The notes below the pieces were generated by a model, which ran no database searches, was not told the DNA's origin, and saw only the letters and a list, made by a program, of their open reading frames with translations. Below, in pieces: positions 58,715 to 64,000 of a stretch of 64,000 bases of DNA. Position 1 is the first letter of the stretch, and the number at the start of each line of letters is the position of its first letter. The position numbers and the translations under genes are program-made. This DNA comes from an uncultured Aliarcobacter sp. (GTDB taxonomy: Bacteria > Campylobacterota > Campylobacteria > Campylobacterales > Arcobacteraceae). The stretch covers positions 1,952,001 through 2,016,000 of the forward strand of contig OY781945.1 in NCBI GenBank assembly GCA_963677435.1, read 5' to 3'.

Positions 58715-59125
58715 ATGAAAAAATCTATCCTAATCTTATTATTTATAAGCTCTTTATTAAATGCTGAATATTTATTGACTATTACTAAAAATGATACTTT
58801 AAAAGTTGAATGTATAACTTATTATGATTTCTCGGATAATAGCTTATATTACACCCTTGCAAGAAATAATAATACTAAAAGTATCTCTATGAATTCAATA
58901 CAATCATATTCTATTCAATCAGGTTATTATCTTGATAAAAGTGATTCTAATAGTTGCAAAATTATGACTAATAAATTATCTACTATTGAAATAACAAATG
59001 ACTCTTTAACAATTCACAATTTAACTTATTTGGGTTTATCAAATGAAGATTTAAATCTTATGTTTGCACTATCAGGATTATTTATTTCATTTTTATTTTT
59101 ATTTGGTTTGTTTAGGTGGATATGA
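58715..59125 (+). CDS. Phage exported protein with C-terminal TM anchor (minor virion protein candidate)
   Basis: Signal peptide, Cys pair, C-terminal hydrophobic helix. Confidence 0.55.
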   Translation: MKKSILILLFISSLLNAEYLLTITKNDTLKVECITYYDFSDNSLYYTLARNNNTKSISMNSIQSYSIQSGYYLDKSDSNSCKIMTNKLSTIEITNDSLTIHNLTYLGLSNEDLNLMFALSGLFISFLFLFGLFRWI

Positions 59126-59241
59126 TGATTATATATGATGTTACGGGAAATTTAGCCTTTGATTACTTCTTTTCATTAAACATGAATATAGGTTTAATTG
59201 TTTGGGGTTTTACGGTTGTTTTACGATTATTAAGGTCTTAA
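59122..59241 (+). CDS. 39-aa minor coat protein candidate (pVII/pIX-like), not in the ORF track
   Basis: MMIIYDVTGNLAFDYFFSLNMNIGLIVWGFTVVLRLLRS; ATGA overlap with the previous stop; single TM helix. Confidence 0.6.
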   Translation: MMIIYDVTGNLAFDYFFSLNMNIGLIVWGFTVVLRLLRS

Positions 59242-59242
59242 T

Positions 59243-60202
59243 ATGAAAAAGTTTTTATTTTGTTTATTACCTCTTTTTTTAAATGCAATTAATTATGAGA
59301 TTATTTGTCAGAATCAATCAAATTCTACTGATACAAAAGGTTTACCTTTTATATTTCATTCTTTCCCATATTATAATATTTATGATGGTGGATTTGTTGA
59401 GGGTGCTTTAGATACGGTTAATTCATCGGTTTCTTATTGGGATGATACAAGTGCAATTTGTGGTGGTGAAGTTGATGAAAATATTTTAATTACAGCACAT
59501 TGTGATGATTCAAAAAATTCAGCTTGTTGGGATGTAATGGTAGGAAAAGGTAGTGGTATTGAAATTATTACTCAAAATGCAGAAGATGGATTATTTTATA
59601 ATAATGTAAATTTTGTAAATGGTTATCCTTGTTTACCAAGAGAAACAAAAAATTTTACTGTTGGTTTATATAGTCAATCAACTGGTAATGATTATTCAAC
59701 ACCTTTCCAAAATGCAAATTTAAACACTTATGTAATAACAAATAGAACTTCGTTAACTCCTGAAGAAGCAAATACATATCGAAATGTATGTTCTCCTATT
59801 ACTGCTCCTAATACAGATTATACAGAACAATTAAACCAACTTATTGAGAATACATCAGAAAATAAAAATATAAAAGAACTTAATGAAAGAGATAAAAAAC
59901 TTGATACTGATTTAGAAAGCTTTGTTAGTAACATAAAAGATAAAGATACAACTGAAAATGATTTGTTGGAATTTGAAACAGCTTTTCAAACAACTTTAAA
60001 TGATACTTTTTTAAATTATAGTGATGTCTTTGGCTTTGGTGGATATGGCTCTGCTCCCTCTCCTATTAGTTTTTCTATGTTAGGTAGAACTTATGAGGTT
60101 TTTAATATTTCAATTATAGATGATTATGTTGGGTTAATAAGAAATATTTTTACAATATTTGCCTATTTATGGGGAATTATTGTTGTTTTTAGGAGTGTAT
60201 AA
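59243..60202 (+). CDS. Adsorption protein (pIII-like)
   Basis: Signal peptide, Cys-rich N-domain, C-terminal TM anchor; directly before pVI-like and zot genes. Confidence 0.7.
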   Translation: MKKFLFCLLPLFLNAINYEIICQNQSNSTDTKGLPFIFHSFPYYNIYDGGFVEGALDTVNSSVSYWDDTSAICGGEVDENILITAHCDDSKNSACWDVMVGKGSGIEIITQNAEDGLFYNNVNFVNGYPCLPRETKNFTVGLYSQSTGNDYSTPFQNANLNTYVITNRTSLTPEEANTYRNVCSPITAPNTDYTEQLNQLIENTSENKNIKELNERDKKLDTDLESFVSNIKDKDTTENDLLEFETAFQTTLNDTFLNYSDVFGFGGYGSAPSPISFSMLGRTYEVFNISIIDDYVGLIRNIFTIFAYLWGIIVVFRSV

Positions 60203-60204
60203 AG

Positions 60205-60477
60205 ATGTTAGCTGCTATTACTTTAATTTTAGAATTATTAGGGCTTATCGCTAAAAATCCTTTAGTTCAAAAAACTGCAATTTTTACTTTTTTCTTTGGT
60301 TTAGTCTCTTTTACTGTTGATTTCTTTATCTCAAAATTATTAACAGATTTAGGAGATATATCTCAAATCCTAACATTAGCTTCATATCTAGGGTTTTTAA
60401 ATGCCTTACAGATAGTGTTTAATTTCTTAATTACTGGATTTATTGCTAAACAGATTTTGGCTTTCATTAGGTCTTAA
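60205..60477 (+). CDS. Minor coat protein (pVI-like)
   Basis: 90 aa, highly hydrophobic, between pIII-like and zot genes. Confidence 0.7.
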   Translation: MLAAITLILELLGLIAKNPLVQKTAIFTFFFGLVSFTVDFFISKLLTDLGDISQILTLASYLGFLNALQIVFNFLITGFIAKQILAFIRS

Positions 60478-60478
60478 T

Positions 60479-61588
60479 ATGATTTCTTTAATTTTTGGAT
60501 TCCCAGGCTCAGGTAAATCTTATTATGCAGTGGAAAAAATCTTTAATATCTTATCTTCTACAAAAGAGAGTAATTTTGAAATAATTTATACAAATATAGG
60601 TGGTGTAAAATTTGATAATTTCCCTGATTCAAAGATTCAATTTAAAAAGTTAAAAGAAGATGAATTAATAGTGTATTTAACTCAATGTTTTAAACTCTAT
60701 GAACAATATAAGAATTTTGAAAATGTTGATGATTATTTGATTGAGTTTTCAAAAAAGATGAACTTTTATAATGCTTTAATTGTATTTGATGAATGTCATG
60801 ATTTTTTTTCAAATCAAGATAGAATAAAAATATTTTGGCTTACATATCATAGACATTTAAATCATGAAATTATATTACTTACTCAAAATAAATCTTTGAT
60901 TAATTCTAAATATAGAGCAATTCCTGAACAATTTATTGAAGCACAACCTAGAAGTAAAAAGATTTTTTCAAATACTTTAAACTATAAACATTATGCCTCA
61001 TTTGCCATGAGAAATACAGATTTATTTAATAAAAGTTCTATAAAGGTATCTCAAGAGATTTTTAATCTTTATCAATCAGGAAACAAATCAAATCAAAAAT
61101 CCATTATTTTAAAATTCATCTTTATTTTTTTAGGTGGTATTTTAATAGCTGTAACTTTATTTCTATATTTATTTAATAGCTTTAATACTCCAATAGAAGA
61201 TGAAATTAAAAAAGAGATAGAAGTAGCTCCACAAATACAAAGAGAGATAAAACCTAATCATTTAAAACCAACAATTAATGAAGATATGAATGATTCATTT
61301 CAAGAAGAATATTTTAATATCTACATTGAATATGAGAGTGATAAGGGTTATCTTATAAAGGATAAATATTATAGAGATTCTTACTTTGATAAATTTTTAA
61401 ATAGAACAAAATCGAAAATATTAATAAAAAATCTAATCTTTGAAACAACAGATTATAAATTTGAAAAATTATTGTTAAGAACATCAAACAAAGATTTAAA
61501 AGAGTTTTTTTATATTGAAGAAACAATAAATATTAATAAAAAAGAATTTGAAAATAATTATATAGATAGGACAAAAAAGGGATTATAA
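60479..61588 (+). CDS. zot: Zot-like morphogenesis ATPase (pI)
   Basis: GFPGSGKSY Walker A, IVFDECH Walker B, YHRH..HEIILLTQ, IFNLYQS, single TM helix. Confidence 0.93.
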   Translation: MISLIFGFPGSGKSYYAVEKIFNILSSTKESNFEIIYTNIGGVKFDNFPDSKIQFKKLKEDELIVYLTQCFKLYEQYKNFENVDDYLIEFSKKMNFYNALIVFDECHDFFSNQDRIKIFWLTYHRHLNHEIILLTQNKSLINSKYRAIPEQFIEAQPRSKKIFSNTLNYKHYASFAMRNTDLFNKSSIKVSQEIFNLYQSGNKSNQKSIILKFIFIFLGGILIAVTLFLYLFNSFNTPIEDEIKKEIEVAPQIQREIKPNHLKPTINEDMNDSFQEEYFNIYIEYESDKGYLIKDKYYRDSYFDKFLNRTKSKILIKNLIFETTDYKFEKLLLRTSNKDLKEFFYIEETININKKEFENNYIDRTKKGL

Positions 61589-61627
61589 AAACAGACGGAG
61601 GTCTGTTTTTATAATCGCCTTGATTAC
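61581..61627 (+). other. 16-bp perfect hairpin plus CTTGATT, candidate rolling-circle origin or packaging signal
   Basis: GATTATAAAAACAGAC-GGAG-GTCTGTTTTTATAATC then GCCTTGATTAC, just upstream of rep. Confidence 0.5.
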
Positions 61628-61665
61628 TTTTAAAAAAGTTACTACACCCAAAAAAGGAAAAAGAA

Positions 61666-62982
61666 ATGTACGGAATTTCAACTTATGACATACAAACAAT
61701 AGACACAAAACTAGAACTACAAAGAAAATATATTCAAAGTAGATTCTTTGATTTTGGAGAAGAAACTAAATCAGCGATTGAATTTACATATTCTGCAAAT
61801 CTTAATCCTAAAAAGTATTTTGCTGAAATGAATAACAGAATTAATTCAATTTTTGAATATGCAAAACAGTTAAATTTAAAACCTGTATTTGTAACTTTAA
61901 CAGCTCCCTCAAAATATCATAAATATAATGTTAATGGTGATCTAAAAATAAATCCAAATGAAACAGCAAAAGAACTTACACAAATATTTAATAAATTTAC
62001 TAATCTTAGAATCTTTCAAAAAATGAAAAAAGAGTTAGGTCATGGACTTATCTATTTTAGAGTATATGAACCTCATAAAAGTGGAGTTCCACATTTACAC
62101 GCAATGCTTTTTCTACCTACAGATTACATCTTAGATATTAAGAAAAAATTCTTTTCATACTTTACAGACAAAGTAAAATGGGGAAATAACAGAAAATCTA
62201 TTGATTTTAAATACACATGGTACAACTCAGCAGGTGGTGCAATAGCATATATTATGAAATATGTAACTAAGACTTTTAAAAATGAAAATTCAAAAGATAT
62301 TCAATATGCTTCATATTGGTATATTAAACATAATATTAGAAGATTCCTTTGCTCTCGAACTTTAGCACCTCTTTTAATTTACAGAAAAGTAAGACATTTT
62401 TTTAAGAAACATGATAATGATTATTTGAAAGTTACTGAATTAATTAGAAACAATCAAATTTATAAATTATTTGATAATACAACTTACTCATATATGAGAT
62501 ATAACCACGAATTAGGCGAAATTGAGGACATTACAATTTGGCAAAAATCAACGGATTTAATACTTCAATCAAGAATAAGAACAAATGAAACTTTTAAATT
62601 AGAATACAAGAAAAAAGAATATAAAAAGGCTCTTTCTGTATTTGTTAATGATTTTGAAAAATATGTACATAGTGAAATATTAAATAAATTCGTATTACTT
62701 CCAGTAGTTCCAAGTATCTTAAAAGATTACCAGTTAAACAACTATTATCATATTTTAGAAAATACGGATATTGACAGCCTTGATTTAGTTCATTATGGAA
62801 TTGTAAAAAATGAAATGATTAAAAGAGGTTTTTTGAAAGAAAATATTACAAATTTAAATGATTATAAGGATTCTTTCCTTTTTGACAACTGCAAGGCGTC
62901 AGCACACGTTCCTATGACATTTATTGTATTAGATGAGCCATGCTATGACGTGCCATTTATAAAGCAACAAAATTTATTTTAA
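61666..62982 (+). CDS. HUH rolling-circle replication endonuclease (P2 gpA-like)
   Basis: FVTLTAPSKYH, EPHKSGVPHLH, AYIMKYVTK with two catalytic Tyr. Confidence 0.9.
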   Translation: MYGISTYDIQTIDTKLELQRKYIQSRFFDFGEETKSAIEFTYSANLNPKKYFAEMNNRINSIFEYAKQLNLKPVFVTLTAPSKYHKYNVNGDLKINPNETAKELTQIFNKFTNLRIFQKMKKELGHGLIYFRVYEPHKSGVPHLHAMLFLPTDYILDIKKKFFSYFTDKVKWGNNRKSIDFKYTWYNSAGGAIAYIMKYVTKTFKNENSKDIQYASYWYIKHNIRRFLCSRTLAPLLIYRKVRHFFKKHDNDYLKVTELIRNNQIYKLFDNTTYSYMRYNHELGEIEDITIWQKSTDLILQSRIRTNETFKLEYKKKEYKKALSVFVNDFEKYVHSEILNKFVLLPVVPSILKDYQLNNYYHILENTDIDSLDLVHYGIVKNEMIKRGFLKENITNLNDYKDSFLFDNCKASAHVPMTFIVLDEPCYDVPFIKQQNLF

Positions 62983-62993
62983 AGGATTAAAAA

Positions 62994-63263
62994 TTGATTA
63001 CTAATATTTTAACAGTTGAAGATTTAAAAAAATTTGAAGCAAAACTATTTAATTATATAAAACAATCTATTGAGACTAAAAAAGAATATTTATCAAAAGA
63101 GGAAACATTAGTTTTTTTAGATTGTAGTTCTAGAACTTTAGATGAATTAAGAGCAAATAGAAAAATTACTTACACTAAAGTCGGTAAATCTTTTAAATAT
63201 AAATATAGCAGCTTACTTAAATACTTAGAAGATAATTCAATTGAGGCAATACCTAATCTTTAG
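62994..63263 (+). CDS. Excisionase-like HTH protein
   Basis: YLSKEE...L..S.RTL..LR....I.YTKVG pattern. Confidence 0.8.
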   Translation: MITNILTVEDLKKFEAKLFNYIKQSIETKKEYLSKEETLVFLDCSSRTLDELRANRKITYTKVGKSFKYKYSSLLKYLEDNSIEAIPNL

Positions 63264-64000
63264 GCTTAAAGGCCTCAAATAAACTATCTATTACATTTTT
63301 TACACTCTCTCTTTGAACTTTTGCATATCTTTGTGTAATATTGGCTGTGGTATGCCCTAAAGTTTTTCCAACTACTTCTAAAGAGAATCCATTATTTATA
63401 CCAAATCCCCCTACTACATGCCTTAAATCGTGCATATTTAAATTTTTTAATCCCGTTTCAATTCTGATATTTTTCCAATGATAATCCATTCCAGTTTTAC
63501 CAATAGTTTGATTTTCATTTATATTACTTTCAAAAACTAAACCCTCATTTTTAATTCCATATTCTGTTAATGATTTTATCAATGTATCAGTTAATGCAAA
63601 AACTAAAGATTTACTAATTTTTGAATTTTCACTTTTAATAGTATAGATATTATTTGAAAAGTCTATATCTTCCCATTTAATAGTCAATACTTCCCCTTTT
63701 CTTCTTCCGTGCAATAACCAAATAAATATCGTTCTAATTTTTATATCAGGATAATTAAATATTGCATTAAATAGTTTATTCATTTCATCATCTGTTAATT
63801 CAATTTTTCTACTATTATCAAATTTAGGTATTTTTATTAATTTTCCAATATTATCAATATTGTGTATTCCTAGTTCAGGTAAAAATTTATATAGAGCTGT
63901 AACTATTTCTTTTATTTGTTTTGCAGTTTGTGGAGCTTTACCACTATCTAAAATATTGTTTATAACTTTTTGAACTCTTGAAGTAGTAATATCATTAGGA
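63253..64000 (-). CDS. Tyrosine recombinase/integrase, 5' end beyond the window
   Basis: GRRKGE, HDLRH, LGH, TQRY catalytic residues; the frame stays open from 63783 to the window edge. Confidence 0.93.
   Translation of the reverse strand, partial: PNDITTSRVQKVINNILDSGKAPQTAKQIKEIVTALYKFLPELGIHNIDNIGKLIKIPKFDNSRKIELTDDEMNKLFNAIFNYPDIKIRTIFIWLLHGRRKGEVLTIKWEDIDFSNNIYTIKSENSKISKSLVFALTDTLIKSLTEYGIKNEGLVFESNINENQTIGKTGMDYHWKNIRIETGLKNLNMHDLRHVVGGFGINNGFSLEVVGKTLGHTTANITQRYAKVQRESVKNVIDSLFEAFKPKD

Larger units (their letters stand above)
47440..64000. mobile_element. Integrated filamentous (inovirus-like) prophage with adjacent defence-type cargo; left boundary approximate, right end beyond the window
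   Basis: Zot ATPase, pVIII-like coat protein, HUH Rep, Xis-like HTH, tyrosine integrase, XRE repressor; host-like genes stop at 47234. Confidence 0.8.

Noticed and set aside
60479..61588. Zot as a stand-alone enterotoxin gene
   Set aside because: Context shows a phage morphogenesis ATPase; toxin activity cannot be inferred from the sequence

Overview
AT-rich chromosomal window, most likely from an Arcobacteraceae (Campylobacterota) bacterium; this is inferred from gene content and composition. About 1-47 kb is mostly housekeeping, transport and signalling genes: a TonB/ExbBD cluster, MCPs, two-component systems, rlmF, trmL, purU, malic enzyme, aspA, pgeF and aroE. Two accessory regions stand out. 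(1) At 15.1-22.6 kb, a tightly packed minus-strand operon sbcD - sbcC - OLD-family ATPase/TOPRIM nuclease - non-retron (UG/DRT-like) reverse transcriptase is followed by two small promoter+hairpin units that look like sRNAs. (2) From about 47.4 kb to the window end lies an integrated filamentous (inovirus-like) prophage with repressor, SSB, coat proteins, Zot, HUH Rep, Xis and integrase. Beside its core sit about 9 kb of apparent cargo: a GNAT toxin-antitoxin pair, a minimal dndCDE phosphorothioation module, and a convergent Mrr-like nuclease / HTH-membrane protein / GHKL ATPase operon. The RT operon and the Mrr/GHKL operon share an identical promoter architecture (GAGTCATTT-N2-GAGTCATTT-N6-TATAAT), which suggests a common, possibly DNA-damage or phage-sensing, regulator. 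All product calls come from motif recognition by eye; no database search was run.
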